Below, piece by piece: positions 1-12,672 of a stretch of 64,000 bases of DNA. The notes below the pieces were generated by a model, which did not search any database, was not told where the DNA came from, and saw only the letters and a program-made list of their open reading frames with translations. The position numbers and the translations under genes were made by a program. The stretch comes from an uncultured Solirubrobacteraceae bacterium (GTDB taxonomy: Bacteria; Actinomycetota; Thermoleophilia; Solirubrobacterales; Solirubrobacteraceae): the NCBI GenBank assembly GCA_963796305.1, contig CAWCKZ010000006.1, positions 511,210-575,209 of the forward strand. The letters are read 5' to 3'. Within the stretch, counting starts at the first letter, position 1; every line of letters begins with the position of its first letter.

Positions 1-1758
1 TCGATCAACTCGGACAAGACCGGCACCCTTACGATGAACCAGATGACGGCGGTCGAGGTGCTCGATCCTACGGACCGCTACACGATCTCCGGTTCCGGTT
101 ACGAGCTCGAGGGGAAGGTGCAGCGAGTCGCCGGCAGCTCCGACACGATCGACGACGCGATCGTGCCGTACGTCATCGCAAACGATGCGCAGCTCGTCGA
201 AGGCAGCGTCGTCGGCGACCCCACCGAGGGCGCGCTGCTCGTGCTCGCCCACAAGGCCGGCCTCGACATCGACGCCAGCAGAGAGCGCTTCCCGCGGCTT
301 GCGACGCTGCCGTTCGACCCCACCTACAAGCTGATGGCCGTGTTCGCCGAGTGCACCGACGCGACCGGCGAGCGGTTGATCCGCTGCCACGTGAAGGGGG
401 CGGCGCCCGCCGTGATGAGCCACGCCGACAGCGCGCTGTCAGCGGGAGAGGCGATCCCCTGGGACGACGATCTCCGCACCCGAGCCGAGGGGAACGTACG
501 CAGGATGGGCGAAGAAGGGCTGCGCGTGATGGCGGCGGGCTTCCGCGACATCGATCCGGCGTCGTTCGATCCCGACGGCGAGCTGCTCGGGCATGTCGAC
601 GGGCTCCGGATCACGAGCCTCGTCGGGATGGTGGATCCGCCGCGGCGGGAGTCCAAGCCAGCCGTCGAAGATGCTCAGAAGGCGCACATCCGGGTGCGGA
701 TGGTGACCGGGGACGACCTCGTCACAGGAGCCGCGATCGCCGGGCAGCTCGGCATCGAGGGTGAGGCGATCCTCGGCGCGGACTTCGCCGCGCTCGGTGA
801 AGAGGAGCGGCTGGCGCGTGTCGACCGCATCGGCGTGGTCGGTCGCGTGGCGCCCGAGCACAAGGTGCTGCTCGCCGACACGCTGAAGCGCAAGGGTGAG
901 ATCGTGGCGATGACCGGCGACGGGGTGAACGACGCGCCGTCCATCAAGGCGGCACACATCGGAGTGGCGATGGGGAGCGGCACCGAGGTAGCCAAGAACG
1001 CAGCCCGCATGATCCTCACCGATGACAACTTCGCGACGATCGTGCGCGCGATCGAGCAGGGTCGCAAGCTCTACGACAACCTCACGAAGTACGTCCGCTT
1101 CGTCCTCATCTCGCTCGTCGCGTTCGTCCTCACGTTCCTCGGAGCCACGCTGCTGAACATCGCGGCGGGCGAGCCGTTCTCGCCGGCGCAGGTGCTGTAC
1201 ATCCACTTCTTCGTCAGCGCGCCGTTCGGCGTCGCCTTGGGTCTCGACGAAGCGATCCCCGGTCTGATGACACGCCGCCCGCGCCCCAGCACCGAGTCGA
1301 TCATGACCACCGGGGTGAAGCTGACCTCCGGCCTCGTAGGCCTCTATATCGCGATCGTCCTCGACGCTCTGATCCACCTCGGCAAAGAGCACTACCACAG
1401 CGCCGTCATAGGATCGTCGGTCGGGCTGAGCGCCTTCGCCCTGACGCTGATCGTGGCCGCCTACGAGAGCCGCAGCGTCTCGCGCTCGATACTCGTCCGC
1501 GAGACCTTCGACAACGCGAAAATGAACTGGACCGCGCTTGCGGAGATCGCGCTCGCGGTGATGATCACGCAGATGGATCTGTTCAACCGGCTGCTGGACA
1601 CGACGCCGCTGAGCGCCGGACAGTTCGGACTCGCGCTCGCAGCCGCCGTGCTGCTGTTCGTCCTGTGGGAGGCGGGCAAGCTGATCGCCCGCAGCCGGGT
1701 GACGCCGCCGGATGATGCGCCGGCCTCGGACGCGCCGACGCAACGCCTCACCTCCTGA
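1..1758 (+). CDS. Cation-transporting P-type ATPase (5'-truncated by window edge)
   Basis: Frame from base 1 reads [11 protein letters not shown] (phosphorylation motif); also [23 protein letters not shown] and C-terminal TM helices. Confidence 0.95.
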   Translation, partial: SINSDKTGTLTMNQMTAVEVLDPTDRYTISGSGYELEGKVQRVAGSSDTIDDAIVPYVIANDAQLVEGSVVGDPTEGALLVLAHKAGLDIDASRERFPRLATLPFDPTYKLMAVFAECTDATGERLIRCHVKGAAPAVMSHADSALSAGEAIPWDDDLRTRAEGNVRRMGEEGLRVMAAGFRDIDPASFDPDGELLGHVDGLRITSLVGMVDPPRRESKPAVEDAQKAHIRVRMVTGDDLVTGAAIAGQLGIEGEAILGADFAALGEEERLARVDRIGVVGRVAPEHKVLLADTLKRKGEIVAMTGDGVNDAPSIKAAHIGVAMGSGTEVAKNAARMILTDDNFATIVRAIEQGRKLYDNLTKYVRFVLISLVAFVLTFLGATLLNIAAGEPFSPAQVLYIHFFVSAPFGVALGLDEAIPGLMTRRPRPSTESIMTTGVKLTSGLVGLYIAIVLDALIHLGKEHYHSAVIGSSVGLSAFALTLIVAAYESRSVSRSILVRETFDNAKMNWTALAEIALAVMITQMDLFNRLLDTTPLSAGQFGLALAAAVLLFVLWEAGKLIARSRVTPPDDAPASDAPTQRLTS

Positions 1759-1766
1759 GACCTCAC

Positions 1767-2521
1767 GTGAGCGCGCGCGCCGCCATCGCCATCGAGGATC
1801 TGCACGTGCGAAGGGGAGGACGCTCCGTCCTGCGCGGGCTGTCGCTGGAGGTTGCGGACGGCACGGTGACGGGCCTGCTCGGCCCCAGCGGCTGCGGCAA
1901 GACGACGCTGATGCGAGCGGTCGTGGGAGTGCAGATCGTCGCGCGCGGAAGCGTGAGCGTGCTCGGCCTGGCGGCTGGCGCTCCCGAGCTTCGCCCTCGC
2001 GTCGGCTATGTCACGCAGGCACCGTCGGTGTACGGAGACCTCACGATCGAGGAGAACCTGCGCTACTTCGCCGCGATCGCCGGTGCTCCGCGCGAGCGGA
2101 TCGCAGAGACGATGCAGACGGTCGGGCCTCGGCGGCCGCGGAGCGCGAGCTGGTCGGCGCGCTCTCGGGAGGCGAGCGCTCCCGCGTGTCGCTCGCCTCG
2201 GCGCTGCTCGCCCGTCCCGGGCTGCTCGTCCTCGACGAGCCGACGGTGGGGCTCGACCCCGTCCTGCGCGCGGAGCTGTGGGCGACGTTCCACGAGCTCG
2301 CCGACGCCGGGGCACGACGTTGCTCGTATCGAGCCATGTGATGGACGAGGCGGGCGAATGCGACTCGCTGCTGTTGATGCGCGACGGCTCGCTGCTCGCC
2401 CACCTCACTCCGGACGAGCTCCGCGAGCGTACCGGCGAGCGCGATCTCGGCCGGGCCTTCCTCGCGGTGATCGAGCGGGAGGGCGCGAGCGAGAGCTCGG
2501 GCTCGGGCGGCGGATCGATGA
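1767..2521 (+). CDS. ABC transporter ATP-binding protein (frameshifted in assembly)
   Basis: Walker A GPSGCGKT, signature LSGGE, Walker [13 protein letters not shown] and H-loop SSH are spread over three frames. Confidence 0.9.
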
Positions 2522-3259
2522 GCGCGCGCACGACGTTCGCGACGGCGCGGCGCGTGCTCTGGCAGATCCGCCGCGATCCGCGCACGGTCGCGCTGCTGCT
2601 CGCGGTGCCCACCGGGCTGCTGGTCCTCCTCTACTTCCTCTTCGAAAAGCAGCCGCACACCTTCCAGCGGATCGGCGCGCCGCTGTGCGGGCTGTTCCCG
2701 TTCATCGTCATGTTCCTCGTCACCTCGATCGCGATGCTGCGCGAGCGAACCAGCGGGACGCTCGAGCGGCTGATGACGCTGCCCGTCGCGAAGGCGGACA
2801 TCCTCTTCGGCTACGGGATCGCGTTCGGCGTGCTCGCGAGCGCTCCAGGCGCTCGTCGTGTGCACGGTCGGCTTCGCGCTGCTCGGGCCTCGACGCAGCC
2901 CACGGCGCGTGGCTGGTCGGCCTGCTTGCGGTCGCCAACGCGATCCTCGGGATGGCGCTCGGGCTGTTCGCGAGCGCATTCGCGCGAACCGAGTTCCAGG
3001 CCGTTCAGTTCATGCCCGCGCTGATCTTCCCCCAGCTGCTGCTCTGCGGCCTGTTCGTTCCCCGCAACCAGATGGCGGGCTGGCTGCACGCGATCTCGTG
3101 GCTGATGCCGCTCACCTATGCATACGACGCGCTCGCCCGGGCGACGCGGCCGGAGTCGCTCGGCTCGGCGTTTCGCGGCGGATGTGGCTGCGATCGTGGG
3201 CGTTCACGCTCGCTGCGATCGCACTCGGCGCGGTGACGCTGCGCAGGCGCACAGCGTGA
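2518..3259 (+). CDS. ABC-2 type permease (frameshifted)
   Basis: RRDPRT N-terminus, RERTSGTLERL motif, 'TEFQAVQFMP...LCGLFVP' and hydrophobic helices. Confidence 0.9.
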
Positions 3260-3283
3260 GGGCCTGCCGCGCAGCCCTCGGCC

Positions 3284-5187
3284 TCAGAGCACGAACCGCC
3301 GCTTACCGCCCGGCGTGCGGTACGTGCAGTCGAGCACTTCGGGAACACTCCGCAGCCAGCCGTAGTCGTGGCCCGGATGCAGCGTGACGATGATCGCGAG
3401 CGCGTAGTCTTCGGGTCCCGAGTCCGGAGGCGTCGCGGCGCGGGTCGGGATCGACACCGCTGATCCACTCTTCGCCGATCTGCAGCTCGGGCACGAGCGG
3501 GATCGTGGTAGTCGACGTCGCGCGCCCTCGGCGAGCAGCCGGCCGATGATCTCGAGCGCCGGCGCTTGGCGGATGTCCGCGACGCCCGGGTCTGCAGGAG
3601 GCGCCGACGACGAGGATCGGCGCGCCGGCGAGCTCTCGGCCCGAGCGGACGAGCAGTTCCTGCGCCCGCCAGACCACCTGGCGCGGGCGTGCCGCGAGCT
3701 TGCGCAGCGCCTCCTCGGTGATCGTTGCGGGTCTGCCGCCGCCGCGGAGCGGCTGCGCGAGGTGGTGGGCGTCCACGCCCACCGCGCAACCGTCGAGGTC
3801 CGGCGAGGTCCAGCCTGCGCGGCGAACGCCGCCGGCTCGCCGCCGATCGCGTCCGCCACCTCGATCGGGTTCAGCCCGTTCGCGCGGCAGGCATCCGCCA
3901 TCTCGAACGCGAGCGCGACGCTCACGGCGCCGAAGGTGTCGGCGTACAGCTTCGCCATCTCCGCGGTCTCGGGCGAGGAGACCCGGCGCAGCTCGCCCGC
4001 CGAGGTGCCGCAGCAGCGCGACGCCCGCTCGTAGCAGCGACTCGCTGACGGCTCCCACCACCAGGGGAAGTCTTCGCTGCTGAATGCTCGTCGGCGCCGC
4101 GCTGCCGGGCTCGCCCGCGTACGCCACGAACACGTCCTCGCCCACCCGCAGGCCCCGCTCTTCGAGCGGGTCGACGAGCAGCTCGCGCGTGCTCCCCACG
4201 TGCGAGGTGGAGGTGAGCAGGAACGTCTGCCCCGGCGCGCGCCTCGCTCGACGACTGCCGCGCACGCGCGCTTCGAGCGGCTCGAGGTTCGGTCGGCGCT
4301 CGCGGTCCACGCCCGCGGCGACGCACACGACGACGTACTCGGCTGCCGCGAGCGTCTCGAGATCCTCGCTGAGGACGAACCCGCGGCCCGCCAGCAGGCT
4401 CGCGCAGCTCGTGCCGAGCGGCGCTGCGCAAGCTCCGACGGCGCCGCTGCGGATCCGCTCGAGCCTGCTCGCCGAGCGTTCGATGCCGATCACCTGCGCT
4501 CCCGCCCTGCGCAGCGCTATCGCGGCGATCGAGGCCCGCCGGTTCGAGACCGAGGACCGCCACGACCAGCTCTGTCGAGATCGGGGCGCGGCTCGCGCTC
4601 TCGCGCGCTCGGCTGCGTCGGCCGGCGGCTCGAGGATCAGCGTGCCGTTCCGGTGCGCAGACTCCGTGGCAGCTTCGTGCAGGGCGGACACCGCCTCCGC
4701 CACCGAAGCCGCCTCCGCACGAGCTCGGCGAGCGCGCCGTCAGCGGTGAGATGGCCGGTGGCGAGCCGCGACTCGAGCGGCGGACAGCTCGGAGAGCGCA
4801 GCTGCTCGGTGCCGGCGGATCGCGGCGAGGCGGCTTCTCCGTGAGGTTCCGCGGGCTCGGTCGCGAGGCCCTCCGGCGCAGGCGTCGGCTCGATCGGTGA
4901 CGAGGCGCGAACTCGACGAGCCCGCCCATCGCCATGCCGCAGCTCCTCCACGAGCAGCTCGCCGGCCGCGAACTCGTCCAGCCCGCCCGGCTGGTGGTAC
5001 GCGAGCGGCGGCGGTGCGCTCAGCGACGGTGCCCATCGCGAGCGCAAGCTCGAGCTCGGCTGCCCGCGGGCCGGTGTGGGCGGCGAGCTCGGCGGCGTCC
5101 GCCTCCGCGTCCTCGACAGTCGGTTCGGGCTCTGGCTCGGCAGACCCGTGCGCTTCGTTGCAACCCCAAAGTCAGCTTCAGCGTCAT
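3284..5187 (-). CDS. UDP-glucose/GDP-mannose dehydrogenase-like protein, divergent, with N-terminal extension (frameshifted; start uncertain)
   Basis: Segments 'GLRVGEDVFVAY', 'EMAKLYADTF...EMADAC', 'PGVADIRQAPALEII', 'YHDP' and 'IIVTLHPGHDY...VLDCTY' follow family order. Confidence 0.7.
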
Positions 5188-5453
5188 TGCCGCACCCTTT
5201 CTCGTCCAGCACTCGACCGCCGCCCCTCCCTGGCCGCGGTCGCGGGGCGGTTCGCTTCAACTCCCGCGAGTGCCGCGACCAGCTCGGGCGACTCCGCGTC
5301 GGTGTCGTGTCTGGAGAAGTGTGGACGCCCGCAGCCCGCTTGGCACGGGACTGGACATCTGATCGAGTGGGGCTCGGGCGGCGCCTGCGCGCTGTTCGGG
5401 CTCGCCCGGCAACGCGGGCGCCCTGCGGCGCCCGCGTGTGCCTCGTCAGGCCC

Positions 5454-5726
5454 TCAGCCGTTGAGGACCTTCGCCTTCGCTGCTGCGAACTCCTCGTCGG
5501 TGAGGACGCCCGATTCGTGCAGCTGGCCGAGTTCCCGAAGCTTCTCCATCGGGTCTTCCTGCTGCGGGGGCGGTTGCTGCGCGGCCTGCTGCTGCTGCTG
5601 CTGTTCGTACTGCTGCTGTTCCTGGTCGGCCCAGCGTGCCTGCTGCCGGCGGCTCACACGGTTGGACACGGCGGTTGCCGTACCCGCGATGACCGCGGTG
5701 CGTGCAACTCCACGAAGTAGCGGCAT
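5454..5726 (-). CDS. Small SHOCT-domain protein with Gln-rich linker
   Basis: ARTAVIAGTATAVSNRV N-terminus; C-terminal LxxLHESGVLTDEEFAAAKAKVL; AGGAG RBS. Confidence 0.85.
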   Translation of the reverse strand: MPLLRGVARTAVIAGTATAVSNRVSRRQQARWADQEQQQYEQQQQQQAAQQPPPQQEDPMEKLRELGQLHESGVLTDEEFAAAKAKVLNG

Positions 5727-5745
5727 TGTCTTCTCCTTTCGGATC

Positions 5746-6189
5746 TCAGGACGCCTCGAGCGCCTCGACTATCTCGATGACCTCCTCGGCGGGCACGCGC
5801 TGGAAGGCGAGCACGTGGCCGCCGTTCCTGCGCACCTCGGTCGACGAACGGCGCCGCCCAGGTGTTCTCGAAGCAGATCATCACCGCGGCCTCGCCGGGC
5901 TCGAGCGCCTCGCCGGCGACATCCGCGTCTTCCTCGCCGAGCATCCCTGAGCGCGCGCCGTCGAATACGACCAGGTCGGCGGACACCTCGTCGCCGAGGT
6001 CCTTGATGTCGAGCGCCACCACCGTGCCCTCGGCGTCCTTCTGCACCATCAGCACGTCGAGCACGCGGATGATCCCGCGGTCGACGAGGTCCACGAACAT
6101 CGGGATCGCCGAGCCGGTCTTCGGTGCGTCCGGCGGGAAGCCGATCACGACGATGTCAACGGGCCAAGCTGCAAGTCGTTGCTGCTCAC
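5746..6189 (-). CDS. DUF6325/DUF1269-like protein (frameshifted)
   Basis: LGP(V)DIVVIGFP, LVDRGIIRVLD and FENTWAAPF; GAGGAGG RBS; usually found next to the SHOCT gene. Confidence 0.75.
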
Positions 6190-6359
6190 ATCTCCTCCTC
6201 TCGAGGCTCGCCCAGGTCCGCGCAGGCCCTGATCGACTTGGGGGTCGGGTTCGGCGCGGAGTCTAGCGTGGATGGAAGGCGGGGGCGCGTGGGAACATGG
6301 GGGCGAGGAACATCGGACGCGAAGCGGAAAAGGACGTCGCAGGAGAGGAGACCCGGAGC

Positions 6360-7450
6360 ATGGCCACTGAGTTGACCACAGAAGCGGCGCAAGCGGCTGC
6401 AGCGAGTTCATCGAGCCGCTGCGCGTGCGCCCGGGCGCTCGGTGAAGCTCGCGCGCGACTTCGACCCCGCGTACAAGGACGGGGTCGCCGACAAGGAGGA
6501 GGGCCGCGACGCTGCTCGAAGAGGGCGTGGAGCTGCTGAGCACCTACCAGGCGCGCCTGGCCGCGCAGAGCACGTGGGCGGTGCTCGTCGTGCTCCAGGG
6601 GCATGGACACCTCGGGCAAGGACGGGCTGATCCGCCACGTGATGAGCGGCGTGAACCCGCAGGGCGTGGCAGTCAGCAGCTTCAAGGTGCCCTCCGCCGA
6701 GGAGCTCGCCCACGACTACCTCTGGCGCTACGAGCAGCGCCTGCCGGCGCGCGGGCAGATCGGCATCTTCAACCGCTCGCACTACGAGGAGGTGATCGCG
6801 GTGCGCGTGCACCCCGAGTACCTCGAGCGCCAGAAACTGCCCAGGGGCGCCACGCGGGACATGTGGAAGCGGCGCTATCCGCGAGATCAACGACTGGGAG
6901 CGCTACCTCTCAGACAACGGCTTCAGGATCGTGAAGCTGTTCCTCAACATCTCCAAGGAGGAGCAGCGGCGCCGGCTCCTGCGCCGGATCGACCTGCCGG
7001 ACCACAACTGGAAGTTCTCCGAGGCCGACATCGCCGAGCGCGGGCTGTGGGACGACTACCAGAAGGCGATCTCGGCGACGCTCTCGCACACGAGCACCGA
7101 CTGGGCTCCCGTGGCACGTGATCCCGGCGGACCGCAAGTGGTTCGCGCGCACCGCTGCCGCCTGCGTGATCGTCGAGGCGCTGATGGAGATCGACCCGCG
7201 CTACCCGAAGGTCAGCAAGGAGCAGCGCCGAGCGCTGCAGGCCGTCAAGGAGCACCTCGAGGCACAGGCGCCCGAGGGTGCGGCGCCGGACCCGAACGAA
7301 AAGGCGGCGGGCGCCCCGGGCCGAGATGGCCACGAGGCGCCCGCAAGCGCCGATGGCACCGAAGGGGGACGCCGGCGACGCCCCCCCGGCGATCACGGTT
7401 TAGGAACGAACGAGAGGTTCCCGGCCTTCAGGGTGAGTTCTTCGAGTTAG
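6360..7450 (+). CDS. Polyphosphate kinase 2 family protein (frameshifted; 3' end uncertain)
   Basis: [51 protein letters not shown] and IPADRKW. Confidence 0.9.
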
Positions 7451-8136
7451 CCTTCCATTTTGCCGGTTGGAGAATTCGACTTCGTGGGTTTCCGGGTTTT
7501 CTTTCCCGCCTTCGTAATGGCAGTCAGGCGTGACCTTGGCGTTGACGTTGATGCCTTTCAGTTCCCATTCGATTTCGAGCCGTTCGCGGAATTCGCCGAA
7601 TTTTTTGATTCCGCCTTTCGACGTCTGTTTTTCTTTTTCGGTCTTGTAGCTGACGGCTTCGAATTCGTGGAAGTCGCCTTTCGTTTCCGCGCCGGCGGGG
7701 ATCCACTGCGGCGGGATCGTCACTTCGCACGAGCTTTTCGATCGCCTTCAGCGTGACGGTGGACGGTCCCAGTTTGACCGAGTTGTTCGAGTGGAATTCC
7801 ATGTTGAGCGTGAAGCTCACGAGGACCTTTTCTTTGAGCCGCGCCCAGGCTGCGGCTCGGTCACGCACTTTTTGAATTTGACTTCGAGCGGAAGCGTTTC
7901 CGATTCGCCCGCGGTCGCCGTGCCCTTGGCTTTCAGTTCCTTTTCGCATTCTTCGAACTTGTACGGCCCGAGCACCATTTCGCCTGCTTCGCCGATCCCT
8001 TTCACGGGACCCGACAACGCTCGCCTTGAATTTGCCGAATACGGCAGGTTCTTTGAGCGCCATCGCGGGCGAGCTGAGCACCATGAGGGCGCAGGCAGCT
8101 GACCGCGAGGCCAACCATCATCCTGATCCTTCTCAT
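7393..8136 (-). CDS. Secreted Glu/Lys-rich hypothetical protein (frameshifts and one in-frame TAA near 7448)
   Basis: Signal peptide [20 protein letters not shown]; beta-strand-like segments with several Cys; GAA/AAA-rich codons. Confidence 0.65.
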
Positions 8137-8359
8137 TCTCAGAGACTCCTTGCTTTCGCCGTGGGCGGGCCGTGCAAGGACGGTCTGAGCTGCGGCCGGT
8201 GGATAGCTCATCCGCTTGCGCTCGCCTCTCCCTCGTGGCGTGCGCTCCTCCCGTCCCTCGACCCAGTGCTGAAGATACCACGGCCCGGGCGAGCGCGGGC
8301 CCGCATGGGCACGCCGCTGCGATACCCCGCGCGCGCGCCCTTCAAACCCGGGTCGGGCC

Positions 8360-9952
8360 TCAGTGATGCTTGGCGCGCGGCGCGACGACCACTTTCAGCG
8401 TCGCTGCGCCCATCCCGTTGGCGTTCTGCACGGTGAACGTAACCGCCACGGGCGTGCGCGACCCGGCTTCGAGCGTCCTTACAGCCGCAGCGGGGAGCCG
8501 CAGCACGACCGCCGGCGCAGGCACGTTCGGCGCCGATTTCGCCGCGACGGCGGCGAGCGACACCTTTTTCGCCTTCGTGCGCACGTGCCCGTGGGTGGCC
8601 GCCGGGATCGTTGCGACGCCCGTGATGCCGAACGTTCGCCGCCTGGTCGCACGTGTACGTGACGAGCAGCACGGGCACGGTGATCTTGCGCGGTTTGTGT
8701 TTGGGGTTCGGCACCGATCGCCACTGCGAGGTCACCATGAGGTGACACTTGGGGACCGTCGCGGGCGGCGGCGGGGGTGACGGCGGCGGCGGCGGCACGG
8801 GCTGGGTGACGGCGCCTACCGGGAGCGTGGTTGCGCCTTCGCTCGCGCCGTGGAAGGCGTCGCCTTCGTACTTCGCGGTGATCGTGTGCGTGCCCGAGCC
8901 GGCCTGGCCGGGGGTGTAGGTCGTCAGGCAGCTCGATTCGGCGGTGGTGGAATCGGCGCGAGCGGCACATGTCTCGCGGGCGGGCAAAGCTGCCGCCGGC
9001 GGTGTCGGAGCTGAAGCTCACTGCTCCCGTCGGGCGCCGAGCCTGCGTTCCGGCCGAGCATGTCGGTCACGGTCGCGGTGCACGTGGCCGCCTGTCCGAC
9101 GAACACGGCCGTCCCGCAGTTCAGCGTGACGGCGGTCGGCGCTTGGTCGCACCGGCGAGCGGCGGCTGCGCCGGTTGCTTCTTTGTGGACGTTCGTCCCG
9201 TCGGTTCGTAGGAGGCTTCGATGCTCGGTGACGCGCGATGTCCTGTCGGCGTGTATTTGATCGAGCAGGCCGCTTCTGCGGCGCCGTGCACCGGTTCGAG
9301 TTCGCAGCTCGGGCCGGCGAAGGTGCCATGGCGCTGGCCGTCCGGCTTTGACCGATCCTTCGGGCGCCGATCCGTGCTCCGTCTGCTTCGTCTGCGACCG
9401 TGAACGTGCACGTGGTTTCGACGAACACGGCCACGGCTGGGCCCGCAGCTGACGTGCACCGTCGTCGGGACGCGCAGGTCGACTGTCGAGCGGTTTCGGC
9501 CGCTGTTCGGCGCTTCGTGGGCATGCGTTTCGCCGCCGTTCGTATTTCGGCTGTGAATTTGTTCGCGCCCGGGCGTTCGGCGTGTACTGCGACTTCGCAG
9601 GCCGCTGTGTCTTCGGTTTCTGCGGACCGGCTGAGCGAGCACATCCGTCGAGAAGGTGCCTGTCGGGGTCCGATTTGAAGCTCACTGGCCCGTCGGGCGC
9701 GAGGCGTTCGGCCTTCGGCCCGTGTCCTCGACGGTCGGCTTTGCATGTCGCCGTTTCATCGACGAGCGAGGTCGCGGCCGCATCGCACGTGACCGCGATC
9801 GAGGTGCTGCGTTGCCCACGGCCAGCGCGGGTGCGCGGCACGAGCGCGCACCACGCCGCGAGCGCGAGCGCGGCTGCGAGCGCGCACCGCAGGGGCGCAC
9901 GTCGGGGTGGCGCCCCGCGGCGCCGCATCGCGCTGTCGCGGTCAGCCCTCAT
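8360..9952 (-). CDS. Secreted protein with tandem Ig-like repeats, Pro linker and basic C-terminal domain (frameshifted)
   Basis: Signal peptide; about three repeats of TxVxxxC..V...TCTxTVxD...PxGxVxF; 'HTITAKYEGD'; PPPPPSPPPPP. Confidence 0.7.
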
Positions 9953-10351
9953 ACCGCGATTCTAAAGTCGAGGCGACCCCGTTGCACGCCGGTTCGATGC
10001 TCTGGGCGGCGGCTGTCAGCGCCCAGGCAGGCGCCGCAAGGGGCCGCGACGGACTCGCGCGGGCGCCCGAGCCGGCGGGATCGGTGCGCGCAGGAGCTCG
10101 CTACGAGCGGGGCGGACACCCTGCTCCCAACCCGCCGCTCGGGCAGCGCGCATCGTGATTGGACATCCCCGGGGCGGGTACGTCTCCGGTGAACGACGCC
10201 GCGGTGACCCCTCGCCTGCTGCGCACCCGCACCGAATAGCGGAGGCGCGTGCAGCCGCCGGGCGGTCGCTCCTGAAAGGGATCGCAGGGGCGCCGCCCTG
10301 CGGACTGCTGTCGAGATGCGCTCGGGCGATCGCGTGTAGGGTGCGCGGGCG

Positions 10352-11176
10352 ATGCGCATCCACGCGCTCACCACGGGCACGGTGCGGCTCAAGCACGCCT
10401 TCCTGTTCGCGCGCACGGGCATGCGCCGCCAGCTCGATCTGTTCCTGCCGGGACCCTGGTCAGAGCCGATGCCGATCCACTGCTGGGCGATCGAGCACGA
10501 CGGCAGGCTTCTGCTCGTGGACACGGGCGAGGCGGCAACCGTGAAGAACATCCCCTTCGCGCGCTTCGACGTGCGACCCGAGCAGGAGCTGCCCGGCGCA
10601 CTCGCCGGCGCAGGCCTGTCGATCGGGGACGTATCGGAGGTGGTGCTCACGCACCACCACGGCGATCACGTGGACGGGCTCGGGCACGTGCACGCGCCCG
10701 TTCGGATCAACGACGTGGAGCTGCAGTTCACCAAGCAGGCGTTCCCGAGCGTGATGCGGCGCGTGCTGCGCCAGCCGCTGCCGGCGGCATTCCACCCCGA
10801 GCCGTTCACCCTCGACGACGGGCCGTTCGGTGCGTTCCCGCGCAGCAAGGCGCTCAGCGCCGACGGGCGGATCGTCGCGGTGGACACCCCCGGTCATACG
10901 CCCGGACACATCTCGGTCGTGTGCATCGACGACGGCGGCCGGCACGTGATGCTCGCGGGCGACACCAGCGACTCGCTCGAGCAGCTGCTCTCGAGGCGTG
11001 CCGACGCTGTGGGAGATCCCGCCGTCTACGTCGCGACGCTCGACCGGATCCTCGCCCACTGCGCCGAGCACCCCACCGTCTATTTGCCCTCGCACGACCC
11101 GGACACGGTGTCGCGCCTGGCTGGAATGGTGACGGTGGACGCTCGCCCGCAGGGCGCCCCGGCGAGCACGCCCTAG
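10352..11176 (+). CDS. MBL-fold metallo-hydrolase, AHL-lactonase-like
   Basis: LVDTG, THHHGDH (HxHxDH), TPGHTPGH, LAGD and PSHDP. Confidence 0.85.
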   Translation: MRIHALTTGTVRLKHAFLFARTGMRRQLDLFLPGPWSEPMPIHCWAIEHDGRLLLVDTGEAATVKNIPFARFDVRPEQELPGALAGAGLSIGDVSEVVLTHHHGDHVDGLGHVHAPVRINDVELQFTKQAFPSVMRRVLRQPLPAAFHPEPFTLDDGPFGAFPRSKALSADGRIVAVDTPGHTPGHISVVCIDDGGRHVMLAGDTSDSLEQLLSRRADAVGDPAVYVATLDRILAHCAEHPTVYLPSHDPDTVSRLAGMVTVDARPQGAPASTP

Positions 11177-11178
11177 GC

Positions 11179-12633
11179 CTAGCCCCGGCGCCGAGCACCT
11201 CGCCGAGCAGCTCCACGTACTGCCCGAGGTGACGCGGACCGAGGAACCGCTCGCGCACGCGCGCCTGTGCGGCTTCGCCCACGCGGTCTGCTCCGTGCGG
11301 ATCTTCGAGCAGCCAGCTGAGCCTCTCTCCGAACCCGCGCAGGTCCTTCGGGTCCACGAGGAAGCCCGTGCGTCCGTCTTCGATCTGCTCGCCTATGCCC
11401 CCGACGTCCGATGCAACCACCGGGCGTGCCTTCCACATCGCCTCCGACACGGTCAGGCCGAAGCCCTCCGCGAGGCTCTTCTGCACGACGATGTCGGCGC
11501 GGCGCTGAAGCGCGTTCACCATCACCGCGTTCTCGTCGGGGTCGTCCATCGGCAGAAGCGCGAGGTGCGCGCGCCGGCGTACGCGGCGGGGCAGCTCCAA
11601 CCACGCCGCCCGCACCTCCTCGTACGCTTCGAGTCCCTCGGGGTCGTCGGCGACCGCCGCCACGTCCGGCCCGGCGAGCAGCAGATGGGGCTGGTCGGCG
11701 TCGCGCACGTGCTCGGCGAAGGCGGCGAGCACGCCGAGCGGGTCCTTGAGGCGATCCCAGCGCGAGATCTGCAGCATCGAGCGGGACGTCGAGGCGGAGC
11801 TGCTGCTCCTCGACGAGCTCTGCGCGCCTGCGCACGAGCCGCACGGTGCCGTCGATGCGCTCGAACACCGCTCGTGGGCCGACGTGGTTGCCCGCGGCGA
11901 GACCCGCCGCGCGAAGCACCGCGGTGATGCCGGTGAAGCCCATCGGATGGTTCTTCGGCGAGAACGCGTCGATCGAGGGCGGGATCACGGTGAGCTTCGC
12001 ACGGTCCAGGCCGTCCCACAGATATGCCGCGTCGGTGAAGACGTACGCGGCGGCGCGCTCGACGTACGGGATGAGGAAGCGCCAGGCCTCGCGCGCGAGA
12101 TCGTTCGGCGTTCTCCACGCCGATGTGCGAGCGCCAGATCACGGACGCGCCCGTATCGAGCACGCGCGGGATCATCCCCGCCGTCTGCGGATCGTGGAGG
12201 AGCACGACGTCCTGCGGGCGGACGCTCGCGACGAGCAGCTCGGCGTTCGTACAAGCAGCGCGCCTCGTAGTGCTCGCGCTCGGGCTCGCCCAGCGGCCCT
12301 CCGTCGCCGGGGCTGCCGTGCAGGCGGTTGTGCAGGCGCTTCGTGATCCGGAAGAACTCGGCGTCGCCGTCGACCGTCGTCCAGCGCGCATCGAGCCCCG
12401 CCCCACGTGCGTAGCCGATCAGCGAGCGCAGCATCTCCGCCACGCCCCCGCCGCGAGCGGTTGAGTTCACGTTCCAGAACGTGCGCCCCTCGCAGGAGCT
12501 CGGTGCCGCGCGCGATCGTGTGGTCGAAGCCGGCGAGGGCGTTTGGGCCGAGCACGTTGCGCAGCCGGCCCGGATCCAGTGGCGTAACGGTTACTTCCTC
12601 GAGCGCGATCGACGAGATCGTATTCGAGTGCAT
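11179..12633 (-). CDS. GT4 glycosyltransferase, trehalose synthase TreT-like (frameshifted)
   Basis: NSTARGGGVAEML, HDPQ, WRSHI, SRWDRLKDPLG and QKSLAEGFGLTVSEAMWK. Confidence 0.85.
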
Positions 12634-12672
12634 GCGCCGCGACGCGACGCCGTTCGCCCGGGCGGCCCTCGA

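Noticed and set aside
2008-3024. In-frame ABC ATPase-permease fusion
   Set aside because: The region is indel-rich, and an ATGA overlap at 2518-2521 fits two coupled genes.
5560-5645. CTG/CAG triplet repeat
   Set aside because: Encodes the poly-Gln linker of the SHOCT protein.
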